Below are positions 9,473-20,912 of a stretch of 64,000 bases of DNA, piece by piece (the stretch's first letter is position 1; the number at the start of each line of letters is the position of its first letter). The translations under genes were made by a program, and so were the position numbers. Source of the DNA: Pseudomonadota bacterium (lineage in GTDB: Bacteria; Bdellovibrionota; Bdellovibrionia; Bdellovibrionales; SG-bin7); assembly GCA_034439715.1 (NCBI GenBank), contig JAWXAY010000094.1, forward strand, positions 32,001 to 96,000, read 5' to 3'. The notes beneath the pieces were generated by a model that did not search any database, was not told the DNA's origin, and worked only from the letters and a program-made list of their open reading frames with translations.

Positions 9473-11083
9473 ATGATTCAATCGATTTTAGTATTTCTAA
9501 TTATAGGTCTAGACCTCAATGCTCAAGCTCAGGTCCTTGCGAAGAGCTCGAGTTATAAAAGCGAAGTCGATGAATCTCTTACTATCTCACGAATAACGCT
9601 TTTGCCATTTTCTGATAATGTTGATGGAATCTACGCAAAGCCGGTTGAAGCCACTATCAAAGAATCGCTTTCTCAAAATCATCATTATAGCTTTATCTCG
9701 AGTTCATTGGCGGGAAACATCGTGACGCCGAGGGAGCTAGAAGCTGATCCCGAAAAAGTAAAATCGCTAGGTAAAGAGTTAGGAGTAGACGCTTTTATTG
9801 CCGCAAGAATGTCTAAGGGGCCAAAAGGAATTGGCATCCAGATGAGTCTATTTTTGACTAATGACGGACGACTATTGGCGCAGGAGCAACTAAAAAACTT
9901 TTCAAGATTTGAGCTGGCGGGAGTAATCAACGAGGCTAAAGCGGCAGTACAAAAATTATTGGGTAGTGTGCCTTATGATGGGCGAATATTGAGCCGTGAC
10001 GGATTAAGAGTGACACTTAATTTAGGTAAGCGCGATGGTCTCGATAGAGACAAAGTGGTTTCTATTATACAAATTACCAAAGCCGTCCGTCACCCCAAAT
10101 TCAATTTTCTAATCAGCACCGAAAAAGAAATTATTGGCACTGTAAAGATTCAAAAATCAGATGACACTATTAGTTTTGGCTCCATTATTAGCGAAAAAGA
10201 AAAAGGTGTTATCTCAAAAAATTCTAAAATATCAGGGCTAAATCCGGTCACCTACTCAGCTGTTGATGCCTTTGGTGCTGGTGCCTCCGAAAAAGATCTT
10301 TTAGCTGAATCACCTGATAGCTTACTTAGTTTCGGCGCTAATCCTGAGTTATGGATTCCGCGTAGGCCTCCCCAATATGGTCAAGTCGGATTTAATTTGG
10401 GTCTTAGTAATTATTCGGGAAAGATTAACCCACAGACATCCGGCCCTCTAGAAATGAATTCCTCCTATTTTGCTGGCGTCGGAATGATGGGCGAAATCTG
10501 GCTAAATCATGAGTGGGCAACCCGAGCACAAATACGCCAATCGGTATTTTCGACAAATAATCCAATAACGGGGTCAACTCCAGAAAAACTTTCGGTTAGT
10601 CTTCGCAGTTATGAACTGGCTGTGAATTACAATTTTTTATTAGAAGAGGAGTTTTTTAGTTCTAAAATTGAACTGCGCGGCGGCTTTGGTAATTTCACCT
10701 TTGATGTCGATCACTCTGACCTCTTGGGGTTTACTTCAACAGATTTTAATGGTCTTCTCTTCGGCGTAAAGGGTTTATTTCCCATCACTAAACAGAAGGA
10801 TTGGTTGGCTGCGGCCGAAATGAATATATTCCTAAACCCAGGATTTAAAGAGCGTCCGGTAAACTCTGGACATGGTGGTAAAAACACGATTACCGACTAC
10901 GTCTTTACTGTTTCAAGGTTAGTGACCTCTCATCTTTATATTGATGGAGCCATCAATGCTACTTTATTGCGAGTGCAGTTTGACAGTGCCAGCAATCGGA
11001 CGTCGGGTGGTCTCCCTGACTCAGCCACTAACATCAGCCAGCGCCTTACTACATACAGTATGGGCTTTCGATATTTGTTTTAA
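9473..11083 (+). CDS. Putative outer-membrane protein with periplasmic N-terminal domains and C-terminal beta-barrel
   Basis: Signal peptide; CsgG/TolB-N-like segment; VTLNLGKRDGL FlgT-C-like motif; ends YSMGFRYLF (beta-signal). Confidence 0.55.
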   Translation: MIQSILVFLIIGLDLNAQAQVLAKSSSYKSEVDESLTISRITLLPFSDNVDGIYAKPVEATIKESLSQNHHYSFISSSLAGNIVTPRELEADPEKVKSLGKELGVDAFIAARMSKGPKGIGIQMSLFLTNDGRLLAQEQLKNFSRFELAGVINEAKAAVQKLLGSVPYDGRILSRDGLRVTLNLGKRDGLDRDKVVSIIQITKAVRHPKFNFLISTEKEIIGTVKIQKSDDTISFGSIISEKEKGVISKNSKISGLNPVTYSAVDAFGAGASEKDLLAESPDSLLSFGANPELWIPRRPPQYGQVGFNLGLSNYSGKINPQTSGPLEMNSSYFAGVGMMGEIWLNHEWATRAQIRQSVFSTNNPITGSTPEKLSVSLRSYELAVNYNFLLEEEFFSSKIELRGGFGNFTFDVDHSDLLGFTSTDFNGLLFGVKGLFPITKQKDWLAAAEMNIFLNPGFKERPVNSGHGGKNTITDYVFTVSRLVTSHLYIDGAINATLLRVQFDSASNRTSGGLPDSATNISQRLTTYSMGFRYLF

Positions 11084-11445
11084 CGACGATCGAGAGAGTA
11101 TTTTCCAGGACCTAACAAAAGAATTGCAACAAAGCCAAAAAGGTAAACTAGCGCTAGTTCTTTTTTCATAAAGGGATCTTGTGCATGTATGTTGAAAAAT
11201 GCCACACCCATTGTAGCGATCAAAGGCCAAATCGTATACCGAGTTTGAAATCCGATAACCACCGCTATAGCACAAAAAAATTCAGCAAATATAGCGAGGC
11301 CTAAGCTAAGACTTGAGCCAATATGTAGCGGGTCAGGAAACCCTGGGGCTTTTTCTGCAAAGCCCATTAACTTTGTCAGGCCATGTCCTGCGAGCATCGT
11401 GCCGCCAAAAGAAAGTCGTAAAAAAAGTAAACCAACTGGGTTCAT
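11080..11445 (-). CDS. DoxX family membrane protein
   Basis: LLFLRL..G...HG..KL, AEF, GFQTR, GPGKYSLD. Confidence 0.9.
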   Translation of the reverse strand: MNPVGLLFLRLSFGGTMLAGHGLTKLMGFAEKAPGFPDPLHIGSSLSLGLAIFAEFFCAIAVVIGFQTRYTIWPLIATMGVAFFNIHAQDPFMKKELALVYLFGFVAILLLGPGKYSLDRR

Positions 11446-11501
11446 GATTTAATTTTGGTTCATTTTTGCGAAAGAAGTCAACCATACCTGGTCTATACGA
11501 G

Positions 11502-11528
11502 AAAGGGCCGCTTTTCAGCAGCCCTTTT
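11502..11528 (-). terminator. Intrinsic terminator after groEL
   Basis: Minus-strand hairpin AAAGGGCTGC-TGAAAA-GCGGCCCTTT. Confidence 0.6.
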
Positions 11529-11566
11529 AAACTAAATGCCTAATGCTTATAGTTTGTCTTTTTTGG

Positions 11567-13228
<1,662 letters not shown>

Positions 13229-13243
13229 TTATTCCTTTCAAAT

Positions 13244-13546
13244 TTAATTAATAATTCCAAGTACATCATCTTCTTTAATCATCAAATATTCGGCGCCTTC
13301 AAGTTTTAACTCTGTGCCAGAATACTTACTGAATAGAACTGTATCACCAGATTTTACTTCTAGCGGTACAACGCGGCCGTCTTCAGTGACTCGACCTTTA
13401 CCCGTGGCAACAACTTTGCCTTTCATAGGTTTTTCTTTTGCAGTATCCGGGATAAAAATCCCACCAGTCGTTTTCTCTTCCTCCGTAGTGCGGCGAACAA
13501 GAATTCGATCGTGTAACGGACGAACATGTATGTTGGCGCTTGCCAT
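13244..13546 (-). CDS. groES: Co-chaperonin GroES
   Basis: [30 protein letters not shown]. Confidence 0.99.
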   Translation of the reverse strand: MASANIHVRPLHDRILVRRTTEEEKTTGGIFIPDTAKEKPMKGKVVATGKGRVTEDGRVVPLEVKSGDTVLFSKYSGTELKLEGAEYLMIKEDDVLGIIN

Positions 13547-13622
13547 ATTAAGAACCTCCTAAAGTTTATAAGTGCCTAGATTTAAAAATAAAAACCCAAG
13601 TTTGTTGATTAGACGTCAATAA

Positions 13623-13650
13623 ATATGGTGTGACGGTGTTTCTTGTCAAG
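13623..13650 (-). promoter_or_regulatory. Heat-shock (sigma-32-like) promoter of groESL
   Basis: Minus strand CTTGAC-N14-CACCATAT resembles CTTGAA-N13-15-CCCCATNT; no CIRCE seen. Confidence 0.5.
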
Positions 13651-13718
13651 GGAACCTCCAGAAAATAGAAAAGTTCTACTCTAGGTCTAGGGTTTGTGCG
13701 CTACATCAAATAGAGCAA

Positions 13719-14153
13719 TTAGGGTTTTGCTGAGGCACTTGAGGGTGCTGAATCAACAGCTGACTTGTGTGAAGCGTCCGGTGTAACTACGGGTGATACT
13801 TCAGGCTTTTCTTGCAGGTTACTTCGGTAGGCCAGTAATAAGGAGGCAGTTTCGTCAGGACTCATTTTTTTCGCCGCTTTCATGATGGCGCCCTTACCAT
13901 CTTGATGGCGGCTCAAATACACAATGAAATAATCGTTAATAGTAAGGTCCTTGCTTAGCTCTACTTTTAAGAGTGCTTGGTACAGCAGGTCCGTGTGATT
14001 ATCTTTCTTTGGCGCAATGTTGGCTCTTTTTAGTGCCTGCTCTGATTCCAGAATTTGTAGGGCCTTCCAGTTCTTAAAGGTTAGCACCTGCCCATAGGTC
14101 GTCTGACCCAGGAGCGAAATTGCCAAGCCTATTGAAAGGTATATTTTTTTCAC
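13719..14153 (-). CDS. Secreted hypothetical protein
   Basis: Signal peptide, helical core, low-complexity Ser/Ala/Pro tail. Confidence 0.6.
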   Translation of the reverse strand: MKKIYLSIGLAISLLGQTTYGQVLTFKNWKALQILESEQALKRANIAPKKDNHTDLLYQALLKVELSKDLTINDYFIVYLSRHQDGKGAIMKAAKKMSPDETASLLLAYRSNLQEKPEVSPVVTPDASHKSAVDSAPSSASAKP

Positions 14154-14471
14154 ACCATTTTTCCTTTATGAGCTTCATGATCATGTGACCACTGGAGTGC
14201 TCATAGGTCTTATGTTCAATCGCTATGCCACATTGCTAGGTTAGTCGAGAGTTATGCCAATTCAAATGAGGCGCTAAGAACCAATAAGCGGTGCCCTGAA
14301 AAGGCGAAAGGGTGACCAGGCTCGTCACGCAATGCGGCGCAGATCACTTACTCCTGTTCCAAATTTTGGCCATATACGTAGAGTTTTTTCTCGGCATATT
14401 TTTCATAGGGAGTTTTTTCTACCTCGAATGTTGCTTGAAAAAGCCGTCATTACACGCTGAAATACTCGCCA

Positions 14472-15485
14472 ATGCCACTAATAATAGAGACTGAGAATCT
14501 CAGCCGAGTTTTTAAATCATACAAAAAACCTAAGGGTTTATTAAATTCTCTTAAGGGTTTTTTTTCTAGGCAGTACGAATCTAAAATTGCTTTAGCTCCC
14601 ACAACCCTAAATATAGAGGGTGGGCAGGTTATTGGTTTGGTTGGTGCTAATGGAGCGGGTAAGACCACCCTTATTAAACTTTTGTCGGGACTAATCTCGC
14701 CATCGACTGGCACATCTAAAGTATTGGGGTTCAACCCCAATGACCGAAAAAACGAGTACTTAAAAAAGATCAGCGTTTTACTGGGTCAGAAAAACCAATT
14801 GTGGTGGGATATCGCCCCTGTTGATAGCTACGACCTTCTCGGAAAAATCTACGACATCGAAGCGAAAGAAGTTGACCGGCGGGTCGAAGAGTTGGCCGAA
14901 ATCTTCAGTTGTACAGATCAGTTGCAAACTCAGTTAAGGCGGTTGTCATTGGGTGAGCGCATGAAAATGGAAATCATTGGCGCCCTTTTACATCGACCTG
15001 AAGTTCTTTTTTTGGATGAACCCACTATAGGTCTTGATATAGTCGCCCAAAACGTGATTCGAAATTTTATTGAGCAATATATGGCTCGATACAAACCGAC
15101 GATTATATTAACCAGCCATTACATGGATGATATCTCACGATTAAGTGATCGGCTCCTGTTAATTAGCGAAGGTAAAATAGTATACGATGGCAATGTTGAC
15201 GAGTTTACCCTACGAGCTGAGACCAAACAAAAGCTGATGATAGTGCTTGGTTCGCCAACTCAAGAGGCGATGGAGTTTAGCGGAATCGGAGCGATCAGTG
15301 TTGGACAAAAACTGATCGACCTTTCAGTTCCCGCAAAGGGTTCGGGAGAAGTCATTTCAAGAATTGCGAAATTCAATGTCATACAAGAAATCAGAATTGA
15401 AGAGTCAGGGTTTGAGGAAGTCATTCATGAGTTTTTGGCGAAAAATGTACGGCACGGCAAAGTTGGCCGTGGTCTCACAGTTTGA
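14472..15485 (+). CDS. ABC transporter ATP-binding protein
   Basis: GANGAGKT, LSLGE, FLDEPT, TSH. Confidence 0.95.
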   Translation: MPLIIETENLSRVFKSYKKPKGLLNSLKGFFSRQYESKIALAPTTLNIEGGQVIGLVGANGAGKTTLIKLLSGLISPSTGTSKVLGFNPNDRKNEYLKKISVLLGQKNQLWWDIAPVDSYDLLGKIYDIEAKEVDRRVEELAEIFSCTDQLQTQLRRLSLGERMKMEIIGALLHRPEVLFLDEPTIGLDIVAQNVIRNFIEQYMARYKPTIILTSHYMDDISRLSDRLLLISEGKIVYDGNVDEFTLRAETKQKLMIVLGSPTQEAMEFSGIGAISVGQKLIDLSVPAKGSGEVISRIAKFNVIQEIRIEESGFEEVIHEFLAKNVRHGKVGRGLTV

Positions 15486-16230
15486 ATATAGAATAAATTT
15501 ATTCGTTGATGCTGTGATTCAGCCGCTTATTGGTTCTCTTATTGAAATGGCCATGTGGTATGCTATCTTTTCGAGTTTGGGACAGCTAACTCTTGCGGGC
15601 TATACGCGCGACTATTATCTTGTCTATGCCCTCTGGGCCTCATTTTTTTCGCGGATTTCGGCCAACTGGATGTACGAGTTTCGCATGATCGATGAGATTG
15701 AATCCGGAAAGATCAATGGCCTTCTCCTGAGACCCATTTCGTTTTATGAATACTATTTAGGTCAATACCTGGGGTACAAGTCTCTGACGGGAGTATTTTC
15801 TTTTTTAATTCCAATATCGGTATGCTTAGTGGTTTCGAGCCCCGTGCAATTAATCCGCTTGCCCTTGGCAGTTTCTTTATTATTTTACTATGTGATTTTT
15901 ATTCATACTGTGAGTTTTTGCATTGCGAGCCTGGGATTCTTTTTTAATAAAATCCACTCCGTTACTATTGCCAAAAACATTTCCATTTGGCTTTTATCAG
16001 GAGAAATTTTTCCGCTGGATTTAGTTCCTGACCCTTACAAAAAAATACTTTTGTGGCTGCCGTTTTCAAGCGGTGTGTTTGTCCCTACGGGATACCTAAC
16101 GGGGAGGCTGCAGGTTAGCGACGTAGTATTGGGGTTTAAAAGTGTTTCGTTGGGACTTTGTGTGTCTGGGTTGGTGGCCGCCATAGTGTGGAGGCAGGGG
16201 CGCCGTGTATATAGTGGGACAGGCGCATGA
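15427..16230 (+). CDS. ABC-2 family permease
   Basis: Six TM segments, IESGKINGLLLRP, FPLD; start uncertain (15427 or 15445). Confidence 0.85.
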   Translation: MSFWRKMYGTAKLAVVSQFEYRINLFVDAVIQPLIGSLIEMAMWYAIFSSLGQLTLAGYTRDYYLVYALWASFFSRISANWMYEFRMIDEIESGKINGLLLRPISFYEYYLGQYLGYKSLTGVFSFLIPISVCLVVSSPVQLIRLPLAVSLLFYYVIFIHTVSFCIASLGFFFNKIHSVTIAKNISIWLLSGEIFPLDLVPDPYKKILLWLPFSSGVFVPTGYLTGRLQVSDVVLGFKSVSLGLCVSGLVAAIVWRQGRRVYSGTGA

Positions 16231-17015
16231 AAAAACATTTTAATCTTTTATTGGCATTTTTTAAGGTCAGCCTCATTGCTGAAATGGAATTTCGCTTTAA
16301 CATGGTCTTAAAAATTGTCGCTGATGTGGTCTGGTATGTCGCACAGCTGAGTATTTTTGAGATTTTGTTTTTGCACTCAACTCATTATGCAGATTGGGAT
16401 TTACCCTCGGTTCGGGTCTTTTTAGGAATACTGTTTTTTACAGATGTTTTTTATATGTTGTTTTTTTCTGAAAATCTCAGTCGGGTGTCTACCATGGTGA
16501 GAAATGGCGAGCTCGATCTGTTGCTTGCTAAACCAGTCAATGCACTTTTTATGGTGAGTTTTCGAAAAATAGACATCGGTTACTTTCTAAATCTGATCAT
16601 AGTTGTGGGCTACCTCTTTTGGGCAATTAATAAACTGCCCATTGATCTTACGGCTTGGAATATTTTGTGGTTTTGCTTAATGGCGCCGGCCTCATTGGTC
16701 GTGTCTTATTCAGTTCGAGTTTTTTTTGCAAGCCTTTCTATTATATTTGTAAATGCCGAAGGGGTGTCTTATCTTTGGTATAGTCTTTATAGGCTTGGCA
16801 CGAGACCCGATTCAATTTATCCAACGGCCCTAAGGTATCTCATTTTAACTGTATTGCCAGTGGCGTTTCTAGCCAGCGTACCGAGTCGATTTCTATTGGG
16901 TAAACAAGAATCATGGATGTATTGGGAAGTCCCATTGGTTTGTTTTCTTTTATTCTTTGGTTGCATTCGATTTTGGAATTATTCGCTGAAAAAGTATTCG
17001 TCTGCTAGTAGTTAA
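16227..17015 (+). CDS. ABC-2 family permease
   Basis: VRNGELDLLLAKP, C-terminal YSSASS; ATGA-coupled to the previous gene. Confidence 0.85.
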   Translation: MKKHFNLLLAFFKVSLIAEMEFRFNMVLKIVADVVWYVAQLSIFEILFLHSTHYADWDLPSVRVFLGILFFTDVFYMLFFSENLSRVSTMVRNGELDLLLAKPVNALFMVSFRKIDIGYFLNLIIVVGYLFWAINKLPIDLTAWNILWFCLMAPASLVVSYSVRVFFASLSIIFVNAEGVSYLWYSLYRLGTRPDSIYPTALRYLILTVLPVAFLASVPSRFLLGKQESWMYWEVPLVCFLLFFGCIRFWNYSLKKYSSASS

Positions 17016-18226
17016 GGTCCTTCAGTTAGTGAAGGATCTTCTTTAATGGCAATCTCTTTGACACTTTTGGCGCCCAGTTTTTCCAGTTTTCGGGTTTGAG
17101 AAAGAACGCGTGAATTAAGTCGTGTTTTTGCGGCGTCGTACTCATCTTTAGCCTTAGTTAGGCATTCTCCAAGGTGGACAAAGCCCTCAACAAAATCAGC
17201 CACACGTTTGTGAAGTTCAATGCCGACTTCAGAGATTTGTTGTGCGTTTCGAGCTAATTTTTCTTCGTTCCAACCAAAGCTGATTACTTTTAGAAGTCCA
17301 ATAAAAGTAGGAGGTGTGGCAACCAATATTTTTTTAGACATCGCGTATTCGATTAGGTCAGGTTGAGATTCAAGTGCGGCATACAAAAAAGACTCGTTTG
17401 GTAAAAACATAACTGTAAAATCAGCTGAGTTTGTAAATCGTGTCGAGTAGTCCTTAAGACTTAATTTTGTGATGTGGTCTTTGATGTGCTTACCATGGCG
17501 AACCCACTCTAATTTTCTCTGCTCTTCGGTGGGGGCATCTAAATAGGCTAAAAAGGCATCAATGGGAGTCTTGGCATCAACCAACACCAAGCGGCCGCCG
17601 GGCATTTTGACTGTCATGTCGGGAATGAGTCTTTGGCCATCAAGATCAGTTTGCACATCTTGAAATACGATATCGGCGTACTCTGACATGCCAGAAAGCT
17701 CGATACAGTTTTTTAGCTGCATTTCGCCCCAGCGTCCGCGCACGTGGGGTTTTTTTAGACTGTCTTTTAGGGCTGAAGTGGCTTGAGTGAGCTCCCGGTT
17801 TGTTAATGCAATTCGCTCGAGCTCACCTTCGACTTTATGGTAAGACTTTTGCCTTTCTTTTTCTAACTCGTTAATTTGAGTTTGATACTTTTGCAGGGTT
17901 TCGCTGAGTGGCTTTACCAAATCATCGACCGCTTTCTGACGCTTTTCAAGTTCATGGCTTGAACTCATTTTTTCTTTATCCAAGACCGACTTTGCGAGAT
18001 CTAGAAATTGTTTGTTATTGCCCTCTAGTGCGGTAGAGGCGAGACTCTTAAAAGCGTCTTGAAGACTGGCTTTGCTTTGAATTAAAAGAGAAGCTTCGCT
18101 TTGGCGCAACTGATTAATGTATTTCAGTTCTGAGTTTAACTTTTGAACTTTAAAAAGTTCTCGCAAAAAGAGTATTGCGAGAATTCCTGCCGCGACTATT
18201 GAAGCAATGAGACCAGTTAACATCAT
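17012..18226 (-). CDS. rmuC: DNA recombination protein RmuC
   Basis: N-terminal TM plus coiled coil, RGRWGE, PD...VDAK, VMFLPNE. Confidence 0.93.
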   Translation of the reverse strand: MMLTGLIASIVAAGILAILFLRELFKVQKLNSELKYINQLRQSEASLLIQSKASLQDAFKSLASTALEGNNKQFLDLAKSVLDKEKMSSSHELEKRQKAVDDLVKPLSETLQKYQTQINELEKERQKSYHKVEGELERIALTNRELTQATSALKDSLKKPHVRGRWGEMQLKNCIELSGMSEYADIVFQDVQTDLDGQRLIPDMTVKMPGGRLVLVDAKTPIDAFLAYLDAPTEEQRKLEWVRHGKHIKDHITKLSLKDYSTRFTNSADFTVMFLPNESFLYAALESQPDLIEYAMSKKILVATPPTFIGLLKVISFGWNEEKLARNAQQISEVGIELHKRVADFVEGFVHLGECLTKAKDEYDAAKTRLNSRVLSQTRKLEKLGAKSVKEIAIKEDPSLTEGP

Positions 18227-18229
18227 GAT

Positions 18230-18598
18230 TTAGTATTTTGGTTTCATAAGTTTTAAGACATTTCCGTCAACGTCTTCAAAAACCAGCATGTGTCCCCATG
18301 CGGCGTCGTCTTCTCCCAATATTTTAGCGCCATGTTTTTCAAGTCGCTTTCGGTCCTCGGAAATATTGTCTGATTTTAGGGTTAAGGTCCCGCCGGCGTA
18401 GGCTCCATGAGAATCTCGCGCAAATTTGGGGATATCATGTTCTACCGAGTGCAGGCCAATGTGGGCTGAGCCGCATTCCATTGAGGTCCAACCTTTCTCT
18501 TGAAAACTGACCTTCATGCAAAGGGCGTCGGTATAAAACTGGACGGATTTTTTTATGTCTTTTACATTATAGTGAAAATCTTGAATACCCGTGATCAT
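18230..18598 (-). CDS. VOC/glyoxalase family protein
   Basis: VKDIKKSVQFY, WG...FEDVDGN. Start moved to ATG 18598 because the longer ORF runs into the tRNA. Confidence 0.85.
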   Translation of the reverse strand: MITGIQDFHYNVKDIKKSVQFYTDALCMKVSFQEKGWTSMECGSAHIGLHSVEHDIPKFARDSHGAYAGGTLTLKSDNISEDRKRLEKHGAKILGEDDAAWGHMLVFEDVDGNVLKLMKPKY

Positions 18599-18619
18599 AA
18601 ATGATTCCCCCAAAAAAAG

Positions 18620-18695
<76 letters not shown>

Positions 18696-18883
18696 ACCAG
18701 AATTGGTTTCGTCTGTTGAAGTTTAAGGGTAATTAATTAAAATGGGGGGGTAACTTAGTCAAAAGATTCCGTGGGTTTGATTAGAGTTTTAAATTAATCA
18801 GCCCGATTGTGCCGATAAATTAAGCGGGCGAATACCAAAACTTGAAAAAATATTGCGAAGATATGATTCCGGCAAAGATAGTG

Positions 18884-18905
18884 CTGGGGACAGATATGTC
18901 CCCAG
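18884..18905. promoter_or_regulatory. Perfect inverted repeat, candidate operator
   Basis: CTGGGGACA-gata-TGTCCCCAG, 65 bp upstream of the HTH gene. Confidence 0.5.
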
Positions 18906-18970
18906 TTTGTGGACAATTGAGTAGACATTCCTAGAAATACTTATTTAAGATTCCTTTCTGAGGGTTAGAA

Positions 18971-19744
18971 ATGATTGAGACTCAAGACCTGCGTACTGAC
19001 GATCTTAAGCACCGATTACAATCGGAACTGATTGAACGCTGCCGAAAGAATCCTAAATACTCGTTGAGAGCTTTTGCTAAAGCCTTAGATATGGACCATT
19101 CACTATTATCCAAAGTTGTTCGCGGGCAGAGGCCTCTGGGTAAAAAGCTCTCTCGAAAATTGCAGGCGCAATTAGGTTGGACGGACTCCCAGGGCAGAGA
19201 ATTTGGCGCGAATTACCACACTATTCCCAGTGATCACTTTTCTTTGATAGCAGATTGGTACCATTTCGCCATTTTTGAACTTACTTCTGTTTTGGGATTT
19301 CGAGCTGACCCAAAGTGGATTGCGCAAAAATTAAATATTACGGTATCTGAGGTGAGAGCGGCTATAGAGCGCTTAGTACGAATGAAATATTTGTCATGGC
19401 AGAATTTGCAATCGCAGGGAAAGACAAAAGAGGAAACGCTTGTCAAAAACCGCGATAATATTACGACGGTTGGCAATGATTTCACCGTCGCAGGCTTTCG
19501 AGTGTTACAAAAACAGGTTTTAGAAAAAGCTCTTTGGGCCTTAGAAAACGTGCCCTTTGAGTGTCGAGATCAGTCCTCGTTAACAATTGCGATTAATAAA
19601 GCTCAATTGCCTGAAATCAAAAGAATGATTAAGGATTTTCGCCGGAAGATTTGTAAGTTTACGTCGGCAAATTCAAAAAAAACAGATATTTATCAGTTAG
19701 GAATTTCTTTTTATCCAATTTCAAAAAATGAGGGGGAATCATGA
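18971..19744 (+). CDS. TIGR02147/DUF4423-like HTH protein
   Basis: KNPKYSLRAFAKAL HTH, ADWYHFAI, RDQSSLT, IYQL...FYP. Confidence 0.8.
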   Translation: MIETQDLRTDDLKHRLQSELIERCRKNPKYSLRAFAKALDMDHSLLSKVVRGQRPLGKKLSRKLQAQLGWTDSQGREFGANYHTIPSDHFSLIADWYHFAIFELTSVLGFRADPKWIAQKLNITVSEVRAAIERLVRMKYLSWQNLQSQGKTKEETLVKNRDNITTVGNDFTVAGFRVLQKQVLEKALWALENVPFECRDQSSLTIAINKAQLPEIKRMIKDFRRKICKFTSANSKKTDIYQLGISFYPISKNEGES

Positions 19745-20739
19745 AAAACTATCTATTATTAATTGTTACGAGCTTGTTAATGTTTTCTAGTCTTGGATTA
19801 GCTGACGGCGGCGAAGGACATGGCGGAGATGATCTGCGTACACTTTTTTATCGTGCGCGAGCATTGGCGGAATACAAACTCAAACACCTTAAGGCGTGTA
19901 GTTTTCAAGGGCGCGTTGATGAATCGACAAAGCAATGGATTTTGGATCGCAGAGACCAACTGGCTGAAGACGTTTTAAAAAGCAAACATATTTGGTTAAG
20001 CGATATGCAAACTACGTGCGCCTTTACTAAGATACATATTGGCGCTGACATCTATTTATCGTTTCCAGCTTGTCGCAATATTACTCAGATAGAGCAGGCG
20101 GCTGAGCTTTTGGTGCACGAAACGGCTCATCACTTTGATATCACTGAAGAGGGTGAGGCCGATCGCATTGCCGTTGCAGTAATGACATCACGCGATGTTG
20201 ATAGTTGCCCCGAGGATCCCGAAGACCCTTTCAATCCGCGCATTTGTGCGGGCGTTCCGATGACGAAGGATCAAGCGTTAAGATACTTTGAAGCGGGAAC
20301 AACAGTTTCGAGGGTAGTTGGCTATTCTGATGTCTATCATCGTATTCGTAGCTGTAATAAATTTACAGGGTGTAAGCCCTGGGAGATTACTAAAAATATA
20401 ATTCCGCTGCGCGTTTGGGAAAATGGGGGTTATCAAGTAAAAAGTTTCGACTTTTCTCGCCGCGCAAATTATTTTCAAATCGTAAACAATAATCCTTCCA
20501 TTATGATGAAACAACTAGACCCGATTTTTATTCGATGTGACTCGGTTGGGGATAATATTTCTAATTGCTCCGCCCTCTCTTCAAACGGAACTGAGGTTCT
20601 CTTAAGTAAAGGATCAGCTATTCGGCTTTCGGGAACAATTAAGCCATCATGTGCCTGGTTTAGGCATGCCGATATTAGTGTAATTTCAAAAGAAGGTAAT
20701 TACACAGAAAACGAATTGGTATTAACTAGTTTTTACTAA
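19741..20739 (+). CDS. Secreted Cys-rich protein with HExxH motif
   Basis: Signal peptide followed by GGEGHGGD; LLVHETAHH; ATGA-coupled to the regulator. Confidence 0.65.
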   Translation: MKNYLLLIVTSLLMFSSLGLADGGEGHGGDDLRTLFYRARALAEYKLKHLKACSFQGRVDESTKQWILDRRDQLAEDVLKSKHIWLSDMQTTCAFTKIHIGADIYLSFPACRNITQIEQAAELLVHETAHHFDITEEGEADRIAVAVMTSRDVDSCPEDPEDPFNPRICAGVPMTKDQALRYFEAGTTVSRVVGYSDVYHRIRSCNKFTGCKPWEITKNIIPLRVWENGGYQVKSFDFSRRANYFQIVNNNPSIMMKQLDPIFIRCDSVGDNISNCSALSSNGTEVLLSKGSAIRLSGTIKPSCAWFRHADISVISKEGNYTENELVLTSFY

Positions 20740-20765
20740 ATTTTCTAAAAAGAATAGAAGGCTAT

Positions 20766-20789
20766 AAGGGCGAGATCTTCTCGCCTTTT
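20766..20789 (+). terminator. Intrinsic terminator
   Basis: GGCGAGA-tct-TCTCGCC-TTTT. Confidence 0.6.
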
Positions 20790-20912
20790 CCAACCTTCAG
20801 TTACATAACAATATTGTCTAGATATTTGTCCAGGTTAGTTGTGGGTCTTTTCCCTTTACGAGCCCTGAGACGCCTGATCTAATTAATTAGATCTATAAAA
20901 AACGGAGGTTTT

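Noticed and set aside
13547..13718. CIRCE element upstream of groES
   Set aside because: No TTAGCACTC-N9-GAGTGCTAA match found
14154..14471. Riboswitch/ncRNA or sigma-54 promoter in the long divergent spacer
   Set aside because: No recognisable aptamer. The minus-strand TGGCAT-N5-TTGA at 14215-14230 lacks the -12 C, so it is too weak to call.
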